Source of the DNA: a virus | Virus record (IMG/VR): IMGVR_UViG_3300015607_001859 | Direction: 5' to 3' (one strand) | Length of the DNA stretch: 64,000 bases | Shown: positions 1-9,672 of the stretch, piece after piece | How the letters are laid out: each line of letters begins with the position of its first letter | Numbering within the stretch: the first letter of the stretch is position 1 | Program-made: the position numbers and the translations under genes | Notes under the pieces: generated by a model | What the model was told of the DNA's origin: nothing | Database searches by the model: none | The model's input: the letters and a program-made list of their open reading frames with translations, nothing else

Positions 1-1
1 C

Positions 2-1111
2 GGCAGCGTGGACATTACGGCGGCCAGTGGCGACGTACGCTTGAAGGCCGAACGCCACTTGTGGGCTCTCGCCGGCAACGGCGGCGACACTGGCATGCTG
101 CTCTTGGAGAGTCGCGCGCCGTCGCAGGACATACAGTTCGAGTCGGAGTCTGCGCCGCTACTCGGATCTGCCGCGCGCGGCGGCGGAATCGCGCTGCGCG
201 CGTTGGGCGCGCCGATCATAACCTGGTCGCAGGATCTGTACCTGCGCACGACAGGCGGGTTCGTGACAGCCTCCGACGGCTCCGCGCGGGCGGCCTCTGC
301 CGGCGACATCGTTATCGACGCCGGGGCTGGCGCCAGGAATATCATCCACAACAGCTACGTAGACTTGAACTTCCATCCGACCGCTGGCGGCTCGTACCAG
401 GCCTTCTACACAAAACGCGGATCTGACCTGCGCACAATCAAAACGCAGAGCCACCACGTAATGCTGCAAAACTGGTTGTCAGTCGCTGGGAACGTGACGA
501 CGGCCGGCTTCATCGGCGTCGACGGCGCGCTGTACGTAAACGGCTGGGTGTATGTCGACAGCGGGCATATCGCAACCAGTGAGGCGCAGAACTACAACTA
601 CCTGGTCCCGTCGATTACGGCGGACTCGCTGCAGCCGTGGTTCGACGATAACGCCAAGCGGCGCCGCCAGGCGAATACGGCGATCGAGACGTTCTGGTCC
701 GCCGGCGTCGGTGATCGTTTTTACAACGAGCAGCGTCCCGGGCATACCACGACGATTAACGCGGCCGAGTACAGCCTGCGTACGCAGCAGCAGTACGGTA
801 CGCAGAACTTCTACGTCTACGAGGATCGCTGGCAGCGCTTGGCGCGTATGCGCGGTAGCCAAGCGCGCCTCTGGGTCGAGCCGCTGGTGTATAGTCGCGG
901 CGCCCAGACGGCTCCGTTCCCGGGCGCGGAGGCGCTCGCCAGCTCCGATGGCATGCGCCTTGTCGACTCCGCGTTGCTGGACGTTGACGGCGCGAATATG
1001 AAGCCGAAGCCTCGCAAAACCGATGGGGAGTTTGCAGACTACTACACGGCGCCCGAATTCGCGCAACCGCAGACCGTCTCGCTGAACGACGGTTACCGCA
1101 TCACTGGCTAA
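2..1111 (+). CDS. 5'-truncated virion structural protein, possibly the C-terminal part of a baseplate hub/spike (VgrG/gp5-like) protein
   Basis: The frame is open from base 2 to TAA at 1111. Gly/Ala/Ser-rich beta-strand-like segments; lies directly upstream of the chaperone and tape measure genes. Function inferred from context. Confidence 0.4.
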   Translation, partial: GSVDITAASGDVRLKAERHLWALAGNGGDTGMLLLESRAPSQDIQFESESAPLLGSAARGGGIALRALGAPIITWSQDLYLRTTGGFVTASDGSARAASAGDIVIDAGAGARNIIHNSYVDLNFHPTAGGSYQAFYTKRGSDLRTIKTQSHHVMLQNWLSVAGNVTTAGFIGVDGALYVNGWVYVDSGHIATSEAQNYNYLVPSITADSLQPWFDDNAKRRRQANTAIETFWSAGVGDRFYNEQRPGHTTTINAAEYSLRTQQQYGTQNFYVYEDRWQRLARMRGSQARLWVEPLVYSRGAQTAPFPGAEALASSDGMRLVDSALLDVDGANMKPKPRKTDGEFADYYTAPEFAQPQTVSLNDGYRITG

Positions 1112-1126
1112 CGGCAGGACATCGTA

Positions 1127-2170
1127 ATGGCGACACAACTACCGCAGAGCATCGTAGCGCAGGCGTCTGCCGGGCCGCTGGCCCCCGGGTCGGTGTTGCG
1201 CCTGACTCCAGAAGAGCAGGCCAATCTCGACCGACTCGGCTACACGCCAGACACAGTGCCGGTTGCCGCGCTGAGCGACTTCATTCGCCAGATCACGCCG
1301 GCTGATCTCGGTCCCGGTCTTACACGAATGCCGCCGAGCGTCGACATCGGGTTGCTGGCTCCGGAGCGTCAGGCGGAGCTTCGCGCCAGTATCGAACGCG
1401 CGCGCGCCGCGGCAGCAACCGCTGACGCGCAGGCCGCCGCGATGGTTGGTACGCCATCCAGCCCGGACGTCAACCGCGCTATCGCGGCGCTGGTAGACGT
1501 CGCGGCTGCGCCCGCCACGACGCAGCCGCCGGTGCCGTGGCTGCCACAGCCCCAGCCCCAGTCGCAGCCCCAGCCAGACGCATCTGCTCCGGCTGCCGTC
1601 GCCGCGCGTCTGCCGGAGCAGATGCGTACCGCCGCAGACAACCCGCGCTGTCCGCATTGCGGCCAAGACACCACCACTAACGCGCCGCAGATCACTGACG
1701 AGCTGAAGCGCCAGTTCTTGGCGATGCTGGCGGGTAGCCGGTTTATACACACCTACGAGCTCTGCGGCGGCGCCGTCAAACTGACGTATCGCAACCTTAC
1801 GCGCGCCGAGGATGACGCCGTCCTGCAGCAGACCGCTCAAGACGACAAGGCCGCGCCGTTCATATCGCCGGGCGAGTACATTCGCCGGGCCGAAAACTAC
1901 CGGGCGGCGATGTCACTTGCGGCCATCTACGTTGCCGGAACCGGCGGCGTTCCGGGTATCGCGGCGATGATACCCGAACTTCCGGCAAACGTGCTTACAC
2001 AGCCGGGAAGCGTTGCAACGGTCGCGCAGTACGTGGATCAACTGGTCACGACGCAACATCTGCGGCGCATGGTGACGACGTACGGGCTGCAATTCGCCGA
2101 ACTGCAGCAGGCGTGCGCGCGGCAGGCGCTGTCACCGGATTTTTGGAGCGGGATTGTGACGCGAACCTGA
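1127..2170 (+). CDS. tail assembly chaperone (gpG-like) with CxxC motif
   Basis: 347 aa with CPHC. Ends just after the slippery heptamer G-GAT-TTT and lies upstream of the tape measure gene. Confidence 0.6.
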   Translation: MATQLPQSIVAQASAGPLAPGSVLRLTPEEQANLDRLGYTPDTVPVAALSDFIRQITPADLGPGLTRMPPSVDIGLLAPERQAELRASIERARAAAATADAQAAAMVGTPSSPDVNRAIAALVDVAAAPATTQPPVPWLPQPQPQSQPQPDASAPAAVAARLPEQMRTAADNPRCPHCGQDTTTNAPQITDELKRQFLAMLAGSRFIHTYELCGGAVKLTYRNLTRAEDDAVLQQTAQDDKAAPFISPGEYIRRAENYRAAMSLAAIYVAGTGGVPGIAAMIPELPANVLTQPGSVATVAQYVDQLVTTQHLRRMVTTYGLQFAELQQACARQALSPDFWSGIVTRT

Positions 2171-2571
2171 TCATCGAACTCGGGCTTGAGCCCGGCTTCG
2201 ATTTCAGTCGACACAATCCCACAGACCCCCAGCATCAACTGTGGCTTGCGCTCTGCCTGCGCCACCTACGACGGCGACGTACGGCGCTCAGTGCGTACCT
2301 CGGGCTGAGCTCTGCGCTAGCGCGCGTGCAGTACCAAGCCGCTGGCGCCGCGGCAGCTGCGTCCGGTGTTACTCCAAGCGCCGCGCACGCAAACCGCGCG
2401 GGCGAATTGGCCCGCGCCGCGATCGCACTTCTAATGCCGTGGTTGCCGCGCGAAGATAACAAGCCGGACGCGGCCGCAGCGCTGGCGGCGTGGCGCCAAG
2501 TGTACGGAGACCTGAACGATCCGGCCGTGCGTGCAAAGATGCAGCGCGCGATCGAGTTCCTGCAGAGCTGA
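2137..2571 (+). CDS. -1 frameshift extension of the tail assembly chaperone (gpGT-like)
   Basis: The -1 frame (FLERDCDANLIIELG...AIEFLQS) has no convincing start of its own and is entered via GGATTTTT at 2137-2144. Confidence 0.6.
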   Translation, partial: GFLERDCDANLIIELGLEPGFDFSRHNPTDPQHQLWLALCLRHLRRRRTALSAYLGLSSALARVQYQAAGAAAAASGVTPSAAHANRAGELARAAIALLMPWLPREDNKPDAAAALAAWRQVYGDLNDPAVRAKMQRAIEFLQS

Positions 2572-2585
2572 CGGAGTGCGCCGGA

Positions 2586-5500
2586 ATGCTTGAGATGCCG
2601 CCAGCGCCGCCGAGCGCCTTTATCGCCCACGCCGCGCAGCAGGCGTCATATACACCGGGATACGATCGCACCGCCATGGGCGGAATCCCGGAGCTGGGCG
2701 CGCTGAACATGCTGGCATTGCCGGCCATGAGCAGCGTTATGGCGCAGTTCGGGATGTTCCCGGGGCAGTTCACACCGCAAGTCAACGTGGCCGACCTGCT
2801 GCGCGCAGAACGCGACCGCACGACACTCATGCGGCGCATGGCACTAGCCGCCCAGCAGGTCGACGTCGATACGTGGGTTAACCAGACCGCTGGACTAATG
2901 GAGGCTATCGACGCGCCGTTCGGGTTGGAGCAGCAGGCTGCCTTCCGCCGTACGTATCGCGCCGCCGCCCCGATGCTCTCAATGCTCGGTCAGGTCGCTC
3001 CCGAGCTGGTTGATTCACTGCACGGATCGCGTGGTTCTGCCGCGCTGATGGTCCGCGGACTGACTCGTGGCGGCCAGTATCAGTTTGATGCGATCGCGCC
3101 CGGGTTGGGGCTGAGCGACGCGACTGTGGAGACGCTGCAGCGCACTATCGACACGTCTCTGTACAATACGCCCGAGGCTGCCGCCAAGATGCTCGGCGTC
3201 GGGATGGGCCAGCTCGGGCAGATTTACGACGAGGCCGCGCGGCGCGGATTGCTGCCTGGAAGTATTGCCGCGCGCGATCGCGAGTCCCAGCTGACCGCGC
3301 TGAGCGCTGCCACCGGCCGCGATCGCGGCGAGCTCGCCGCGCTGTCCGCCGACGACTTTGGGCAGCAGCTACGCCAGTTCGATGCCACCCGTACCACGAC
3401 GCGGCTGCGCGACTTGGCCGGCTCGGTAAGCGCCATGCGCGAGCTGTTTGGCTCGCAGGGCCAACCGAACGCGCCCATGTCAGTACTCATCAACGCGCTT
3501 GAGCAGCTCACACAAAACCGCCTGGCAAGCATGCCGCCAGGGCAGGTCGAGCAGTTGGTTCGGCGCACGAAGGCCGTAGTTGAGACAACGGGCGTCAGTC
3601 TGGACGCGCTGTTCGGACTCTCAACACAGGGCGCGCAGTACGGCGACGCGCTCGGGCTTGATCGATCGTTCGCGCTGCAGTCAGCGCAGGGCGCTGTTAC
3701 ATTCGGCACAGCGTACAAGAACACATTCGGTTCTGACTTCCGCGCATTCGGGGCCATGAGCGCTGACGAGGTAACCGCGCGCGACAATATGCTGCGGCAG
3801 CGCGCTGCTGGGTCCGAGCAGGCGCTCTTCGCCGGCGCGGTGATCCGCGCGGCCGAGCGCTTTGAGCTCGGCGCCGCTACGCCGATCGGACGTCTCGCGG
3901 ACGCGCTCAAGCGCGGCGAGACGCAGTTTGAAGGTCGCAGCATGTACGAGGTGCTGCGCCAGGACGAACTGACGCGCATGATGGCTGCGTCTGGTACGAC
4001 CGATGCCGAGGTGGCGGCGTTCAGGACTGCAACGCGCGACACGTTCGGAAACCAGGAGTACATCGCGCGGTACAACCTGGACGCGTTAACACGACGGCTG
4101 CAGCCCGAAGAGATTGTGGATACCATCGGACGCGCAGCCGGCGAGAACGCAATCATGCAGGCCATGACGCAGTCTGGCGCTACGCCCGACGCCGCGAATG
4201 CGGCCGCACGCAAGGCAGGGCCGGCGCTGATGCGCGCCCTGCTGCAGAGCGACGATCCGGAAGCGCTTAGCACCGAGGCTGGGCGCGCGGCGATTATCAA
4301 ACGCGCGTTGGCGACAGAACTCGGTGACGACACCGCGGCGCGCGTTGGCGACGCGGTCGCAATGAGCTTCGAGTCGCAGGCTAACACGCAGGCGCGTCGC
4401 GTTGGGTTTGGCGATCTGACAAAACTGCTGCAGCAGCAGAACGCGACGACACTGCGCGCGGCGTCGCGGGTAACGCGCGCTGCCGACGCGCAAGCGCAGC
4501 TCGACGCAGCGCTTGCGCCACTCGGCAAGGCTGGCCCTATCCAGCGCGTCATGGACATGCTTCGGGACGGTAAGGCAGACGACGACATCCGGCACGTGCT
4601 CGGCATAGCGCTCGGCGGAATCGATGTCGCGCAGGTACGCGAGTTGATCGCGCACCAGGACACGATTCGACGCCTGCGCTCCAAGGACACGCTCACGGAT
4701 GCCGAGGCCGCAGAGGCCGTGGCCGCTGAAAAGGCGCTGTCTGATGTCGTGGCGCACATCGTAGCCAGCGGCGAAGCGTCCGGCGCGGACATCGGGCGCG
4801 TTGTCACTGACGACGCATTACGTTTGGCCGGACCAGCAGCCGCCGATGCGGTCACAAAAGCGCGCGCATCCGGCGACGTCGCCAAGATCGAAGACGCCGT
4901 CAAGACACAGCTGGCGCGCTCGAACAATCTGGTGCAGGCACTCTACGTCGACGACAAAGCGCTGCGGCGGATGGGTCCGGGCGGTTTCGACAAACTTCGG
5001 CGTGCTGAACAAAATTACCTGCAGATGTTGCGCGCTGCAGGTGGAAATACACACGTACTGGCGCGCGCGCTGGCCGGCGACACGTCGATTGACGAACGTA
5101 CGCGTACGCTCGTCAAGGAGCTGCAGGGAGAGTTGTCGTCCAGCATGACCGACGTGCAGCGCGCCGTATCTGGCGGTGCCGGTATGAGCGACGCCGCGTG
5201 GGCTGCTGAATCGGCGGCGATCAAGACGCTGCGCGACGAGCGTTCGTCCGATGACGACGCGCAGACGCAACGGCTCCTCGACCAGCTCGCCGCTAGTACC
5301 GGGTCAGGCGCGCTATCGGCCGAGGATCGCGCGCAACTGGCTCCGCTCCTTGGCGGAGTAGATACCACGCGGCGCCGCGACATTTCCGAAGCGATCGCCG
5401 CGCGTGACCGCCTGGTAAAAATCGCCGAGGAGCGCCGTGTTCCGGTGTCTGACCTACGATCGGATCCAAAACTGCGCGCCGATGTGCGCCAAGCCGGACC

Positions 5501-5699
5501 GCTGCTCGATATTCCGGACGCTGGCGTTGACGCGCAGGACATGAAGCGGCAGTTGGAGCGTTTCGGGGAGCGTCCGTCGCCTACTGGCGCCGCCGCGCGC
5601 GGCGTCGGAGACGCGCGCGGGCCGCTGGAGATCACCGGGCGACTGCTGCTGGTTGGCGACGGCACGGCCGAGTTGTCCGGTAGCGGATTCAGTCACTAG
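2586..5699 (+). CDS. tail tape measure protein
   Basis: About 1037 aa, Ala/Gln/Leu/Gly-rich helical composition, directly after the frameshifting chaperone pair. ATG 2586 chosen over the track's 2490. Confidence 0.7.
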   Translation: MLEMPPAPPSAFIAHAAQQASYTPGYDRTAMGGIPELGALNMLALPAMSSVMAQFGMFPGQFTPQVNVADLLRAERDRTTLMRRMALAAQQVDVDTWVNQTAGLMEAIDAPFGLEQQAAFRRTYRAAAPMLSMLGQVAPELVDSLHGSRGSAALMVRGLTRGGQYQFDAIAPGLGLSDATVETLQRTIDTSLYNTPEAAAKMLGVGMGQLGQIYDEAARRGLLPGSIAARDRESQLTALSAATGRDRGELAALSADDFGQQLRQFDATRTTTRLRDLAGSVSAMRELFGSQGQPNAPMSVLINALEQLTQNRLASMPPGQVEQLVRRTKAVVETTGVSLDALFGLSTQGAQYGDALGLDRSFALQSAQGAVTFGTAYKNTFGSDFRAFGAMSADEVTARDNMLRQRAAGSEQALFAGAVIRAAERFELGAATPIGRLADALKRGETQFEGRSMYEVLRQDELTRMMAASGTTDAEVAAFRTATRDTFGNQEYIARYNLDALTRRLQPEEIVDTIGRAAGENAIMQAMTQSGATPDAANAAARKAGPALMRALLQSDDPEALSTEAGRAAIIKRALATELGDDTAARVGDAVAMSFESQANTQARRVGFGDLTKLLQQQNATTLRAASRVTRAADAQAQLDAALAPLGKAGPIQRVMDMLRDGKADDDIRHVLGIALGGIDVAQVRELIAHQDTIRRLRSKDTLTDAEAAEAVAAEKALSDVVAHIVASGEASGADIGRVVTDDALRLAGPAAADAVTKARASGDVAKIEDAVKTQLARSNNLVQALYVDDKALRRMGPGGFDKLRRAEQNYLQMLRAAGGNTHVLARALAGDTSIDERTRTLVKELQGELSSSMTDVQRAVSGGAGMSDAAWAAESAAIKTLRDERSSDDDAQTQRLLDQLAASTGSGALSAEDRAQLAPLLGGVDTTRRRDISEAIAARDRLVKIAEERRVPVSDLRSDPKLRADVRQAGPLLDIPDAGVDAQDMKRQLERFGERPSPTGAAARGVGDARGPLEITGRLLLVGDGTAELSGSGFSH

Positions 5700-5708
5700 G
5701 GGCTGGCG

Positions 5709-6176
5709 ATGGCAACGTTGTTCGTATCACAGCCTGGGCAGGTTGCCGTTGTAAACGGCGACGTTCCGGTACCGGCAACACTGCTGCTGGAGAATTGGGA
5801 CGGGTTCCCGGCAATTTATGCGGCCCTGACCGGGGTAGTGTTTACAACCAAAGGCGGCGTGCATCTGCGCCCAACACTCGGCGACTGGATATCGGTGCTC
5901 GTGTTTCGAGAAGACCCCGGTACCGTGGTCATCAACGGAATCGCGTTCACTGGCAGCTGCGACACCGCCGGTACAGCGACAGGCGTCGATCAACTCCTGG
6001 CCTACTACGACGCGCAGCGCGCCACGCGCACCGGACAACCAATCGCAGTTCACATCGGAACGCAGGAAGCGTCACGGGTCCGTGGCTTCCTGAGCGGCAT
6101 CGAGATCGCCTCGTCGAATCCCGAGATGCAGCTTACGCAGTTCCGCATGTTCTTCCAGACGCTGCCGCCGGGGTAG
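5709..6176 (+). CDS. putative tail tube initiator/baseplate protein
   Basis: 155 aa beta-rich ORF immediately after the tape measure gene; positional inference. Confidence 0.4.
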   Translation: MATLFVSQPGQVAVVNGDVPVPATLLLENWDGFPAIYAALTGVVFTTKGGVHLRPTLGDWISVLVFREDPGTVVINGIAFTGSCDTAGTATGVDQLLAYYDAQRATRTGQPIAVHIGTQEASRVRGFLSGIEIASSNPEMQLTQFRMFFQTLPPG

Positions 6177-6180
6177 CCGC

Positions 6181-6276
6181 ATGGGCCAGCCTGACGCTAT
6201 CTTCGCGTACGTGTTTATCGGACTAGGCGTACTGCTCTGCATCGGTATCGTCACGCCGTCACGGCGCTCCGAATAG
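6181..6276 (+). CDS. 31-aa single-transmembrane peptide (MGQPDAIFAYVFIGLGVLLCIGIVTPSRRSE)
   Basis: ATG 6181 to TAG 6276, read directly; continuous hydrophobic stretch; fills the gap after the previous gene. Confidence 0.35.
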   Translation: MGQPDAIFAYVFIGLGVLLCIGIVTPSRRSE

Positions 6277-6381
6277 GGCGAGGCGCCGTCTGCGGAGCTT
6301 CTTACAGCCAGTGACCTTCCGACTCCTACGCCGAACCGGCCGCTGACGCATTTTGATCAACAACCGGGGAGTTTTGAGTCC

Positions 6382-8595
6382 ATGGCGACAACCGCGTGGA
6401 AGCTCGGAGCAGCAGCAACACAGGACGGAGCTGGCACCGCGTGGTCGAATATCGATCGCGTACTTGCCCGTGCCGCCACCCCCGGCGCCGGCACAGCGGC
6501 AAGCGTGCTTAACACCGGATCATCCAAATTCATCGTGGTCACCGGTTTCGACTTCTCCGACGTCCCTGACAACGCGACGGTGAATGGGTTTGAGATCAGG
6601 ATAAACGCCGCGATGTTCGGTTCGTCTTATGACGCTATCGTCGACCGAGTCTATCTCCGCAAGGACGGCGTCGCGAACGCCGGAAACAATTTCGGGCCGA
6701 ACTACACGGCGCTTCCCGGCTCTTTCACGGACAAGACGTTTGGCAGTTCATCCAGCCTTGGTGGCTTGAGTTGGTCAGTTGCAGAACTGAAGGCTGTCGG
6801 ATTTGCGATCGCTGTCGGTATCGCCGAGCCGTCCGGAGAGAATTCGACGAATGCGTACGTCGAATCGGTGGATGTGCGGGTCACCTACACTCCGTCCGCG
6901 CTGCCGCCCGCACCGGTCGTTTCCGGCAATACAGCATCTGCCGCCTACGGCGTAGGCGGTACCGTCCAGATGTCGGCTACGAACAGTCCGACATCGTGGA
7001 GTCTGACTGGAACGCCGCCCGCCGGAGTCAGTATCAACAGCTCCGGCCTCGTGACGTGGACCGGGGTAACTCCGGTCGGCGCGCATTCCGTCGGGGTGCG
7101 CGCGACCAATGCGGGCGGAGACGGCGATGGTACTCTGGCGCTGACAATCACGGCCGCGACGCTCACGGTGACAGCGAACAATAAGAGCCGTGCCAGTGGC
7201 GCCGCTAACCCAACGTTCGACGGTACGATCGCCGGCTTCGTAAACGGTGAGACGAGCGCCGTGCTGACGGGCGCACCGTCGTATACGACGGCGGCTGACA
7301 CCAATTCCGCGCCGGGCACGTACCCAATCGTTGCAGCCGTCGGCACGCTGGCCGCGACCAATTACACGTTCACGTTCGTCAACGGGACTCTGACCGTCAC
7401 TGTGCCGCCTCCGGTTGTGACTGGAGGGTCGTTGACACGCGCGTACGGCGTCGGTGGCAGCTTGCAGCTCAGCGCCACAAACAGCCCGACCTCGTGGGAT
7501 CTCGTAACGCCGCCCGCCGGTGTCACGATATCCGGCAGTGGTCTTGTTACCGTGGCTGCGAGTACGGCGGCGCAGGTTGTAGACGTTACCGTTCGCGCTG
7601 GAAATGCTGGTGGGCTCGGTACTGCCGTATTCGCACTGACAATCACCAAGGTCGCACTCACGGTTACGGCTCGAGACTATTCGCGCCTGCCCGGTACAGC
7701 GAACCCGACGTTCGACGGGACGATCACCGGCTTCGTAAACGGTGAAACCAGCGCGGTTCTGACTGGTGCGCCGTCGTATACGACGGTCGCCACGCCGCAG
7801 TCCCTGCTCGGCACGTACCCAATCGTTGCAGCGCTCGGCACGCTGGCTGCGACCAACTACACGTTCACCTTCGTCAACGGCGTACTGTCTATCGTCCCAG
7901 CGACAGTTCCGGCTGCGGTGCCGGCGCACGACATCGCACGCGTGCCGGTCAGCGCCGACGTGTTACTGGCCCGCGCAGGAGACGCGCGCCGTCGCGGGCT
8001 TCTTCCGCCCGGCGTCGCAGCCGCCTACGATGCGCTGTTCGGCGGTGCGGCAGATTCCGACGGCGTCGCCGCGCGACGCGCCGCCTTTGCACGCATCTTG
8101 CGTGCGCCAGATTACGCGACCCTGCTTCCGAATATGGATCCGACACTCGCGACGGAGCCAGCGCCGGCTCCAGGCGTGTACGTGTACCAGCCGCCGACAG
8201 ATGTCGTATTTTCCGTGCGCGTAGCGCCCGATGCGCTTGCTGCTCGTGATGGTCGTGTTGTAACGCGTGCGGCTGTTGCTGTAACTGCGCCGGGATCTTA
8301 CGTCGTGCCCGGCGCGCCGGGCGTAGTAATCGACGTCGTGGCGATACAAACGCCTGCTACTCTTGACGTTACGGTTCGTCGGCTACCGTACGTTAGCGGC
8401 GGTATCGGGCCGGGTGGCGACAACAGCCCCCGCCGTATCGACACGCTGTTAGCGCCCGCTGTCCGGGCCGATTTGTTCGGCGCGGCGCCGTCTGGGGTTT
8501 ACGCCGACGCCGCGCGCCTCGCAGAATCTGATCGTTACGACGCGCGTGTCGCCGGCATCCTGATTGCGATACTCGCTCGCGCGGCCGCGTCGTAG
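6382..8595 (+). CDS. virion adhesin/structural protein with two (Ig-like He_PIG + MBG) repeats
   Basis: Duplicated SATNSPTSW...P(P)AGV (Ig-like) and LTVTA...NPTFDGTI.GFVNGETSAVLTGAP...GTYPI...NYTFTFVNG (MBG-like) units. GGGGAG RBS upstream. Confidence 0.7.
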   Translation: MATTAWKLGAAATQDGAGTAWSNIDRVLARAATPGAGTAASVLNTGSSKFIVVTGFDFSDVPDNATVNGFEIRINAAMFGSSYDAIVDRVYLRKDGVANAGNNFGPNYTALPGSFTDKTFGSSSSLGGLSWSVAELKAVGFAIAVGIAEPSGENSTNAYVESVDVRVTYTPSALPPAPVVSGNTASAAYGVGGTVQMSATNSPTSWSLTGTPPAGVSINSSGLVTWTGVTPVGAHSVGVRATNAGGDGDGTLALTITAATLTVTANNKSRASGAANPTFDGTIAGFVNGETSAVLTGAPSYTTAADTNSAPGTYPIVAAVGTLAATNYTFTFVNGTLTVTVPPPVVTGGSLTRAYGVGGSLQLSATNSPTSWDLVTPPAGVTISGSGLVTVAASTAAQVVDVTVRAGNAGGLGTAVFALTITKVALTVTARDYSRLPGTANPTFDGTITGFVNGETSAVLTGAPSYTTVATPQSLLGTYPIVAALGTLAATNYTFTFVNGVLSIVPATVPAAVPAHDIARVPVSADVLLARAGDARRRGLLPPGVAAAYDALFGGAADSDGVAARRAAFARILRAPDYATLLPNMDPTLATEPAPAPGVYVYQPPTDVVFSVRVAPDALAARDGRVVTRAAVAVTAPGSYVVPGAPGVVIDVVAIQTPATLDVTVRRLPYVSGGIGPGGDNSPRRIDTLLAPAVRADLFGAAPSGVYADAARLAESDRYDARVAGILIAILARAAAS
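7135..7893 (+). repeat. intragenic duplication of the MBG domain (about 7135-7398 and 7630-7893)
   Basis: Two copies nearly identical in protein, with many synonymous DNA differences. Confidence 0.8.
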
Positions 8596-8607
8596 TGGAG
8601 ATAGCGT

Positions 8608-9099
8608 ATGACGACGGCGGCGTACGGGACGGTAGACTGGCTGCGGCGCGCATACCGGCACGCCTCCGCCGAGAGTGACGACCGTAAGACGCAAAACGGC
8701 GCGGTCATCGTCGTGCCAGACGGGCAGTTCGTTGTTGCCGCCAACAAACTCGCGCTGGCGCTGCCGGAATACCCGGACGACGCGACCAAAGCCAAGTACA
8801 TGGATCACGCCGAGTTTGCCGCGGTTGCAGCGGCGGCACGGCACGGGCTGTGTACGCGCGGCGCGACGATGTACTGTCCGTGGGCCGCGTGTATGTCCTG
8901 CGCGCGTATCATCGCAGCGGCCGGTATCTCGCGGCTTGTTGTACACGAGCGGATGATGCAGCGTACCTACCCCAAATACGTCGCCGAGATCGAAGAAGCG
9001 CTCGCGCTACTAGCAGCGCGCGGCGTCACAGTCGTACGTTTTGACGAAGAGGTCGGTGAATGTCAGAACCTGATGAATCACGAACGATGGAACCCGTAA
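8608..9099 (+). CDS. dCMP deaminase (cytidine/deoxycytidylate deaminase family)
   Basis: HAE and C-xx-C (WAACMSC) zinc motifs, TQNGAVIV, GISRLVV. Confidence 0.85.
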   Translation: MTTAAYGTVDWLRRAYRHASAESDDRKTQNGAVIVVPDGQFVVAANKLALALPEYPDDATKAKYMDHAEFAAVAAAARHGLCTRGATMYCPWAACMSCARIIAAAGISRLVVHERMMQRTYPKYVAEIEEALALLAARGVTVVRFDEEVGECQNLMNHERWNP

Positions 9100-9458
9100 C
9101 GACGCGCATGCACGCTGGTCTTGTAAGCGACGCGATTCGCGTCGTCGAAAGCCGGCGCGCCGTGTACGGTGACCCGGCAAGCAACCTGCAGCACACCGCA
9201 GATATGTGGACAGCGCTGATGTGGCCCGAGCTGCATTACCGCTTCACGGCACACGACGTGTGCCAGTTCATGCGTTTAGTCAAGGAAGCACGCCTGCGAA
9301 CATCTCCTGGGCACCCGGACTCTCTGTGCGACATCGTCGGGTACACCGACTGCGACGTTCAGATATACGTCAAGGAAGCGAGCGCGCCCGATGCTTGTCA
9401 CGATCCTGCGCCGCCGTTGGAACCTGCTGTTCGTACCGCAACGCTCTCTGGGTCCTAA
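9087..9458 (+). CDS. DUF6378-like phage protein
   Basis: RRAVYGDP..N...ADMW...DV..FM.LVK.AR.....H.DS.CDI.GY pattern. Confidence 0.7.
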   Translation: MEPVTTRMHAGLVSDAIRVVESRRAVYGDPASNLQHTADMWTALMWPELHYRFTAHDVCQFMRLVKEARLRTSPGHPDSLCDIVGYTDCDVQIYVKEASAPDACHDPAPPLEPAVRTATLSGS

Positions 9459-9672
9459 AGTCGAAGGGAAGTGCGACGACCCCAGCACGCCATCGAAAAC
9501 GATTCAAGTGTCACGTTCGCTGACGGGCGAGCGCCGCTTAGACGTGCTCATTCACGAGATGCTACACGCCGCAGATTGGCACAAAGACGAGGAATGGATT
9601 TCCACCGTAGCGTCCGACATCGCGCGGGCGCTCTGGCGTCAAGGCTATCGGGGGCCGAACGATGTCGCGTAA
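9391..9672 (+). CDS. small HExxH zinc-metallopeptidase-like protein
   Basis: LDVLIHEMLHA motif followed by EE; 93 aa. Confidence 0.65.
   Translation: MLVTILRRRWNLLFVPQRSLGPKVEGKCDDPSTPSKTIQVSRSLTGERRLDVLIHEMLHAADWHKDEEWISTVASDIARALWRQGYRGPNDVA

Noticed and set aside
3224..5665. Long minus-strand ORFs opposite the tape measure gene (and similar ones throughout, e.g. 30313-31743, 55766-56905)
   Set aside because: Ser/Arg/Ala-rich shadow frames expected at high GC; they fully overlap well-supported plus-strand genes.
7135..7893. Diversity-generating retroelement TR/VR pair
   Set aside because: Both copies are in-frame coding domains, differences are largely synonymous and not adenine-specific, and no reverse transcriptase was seen.
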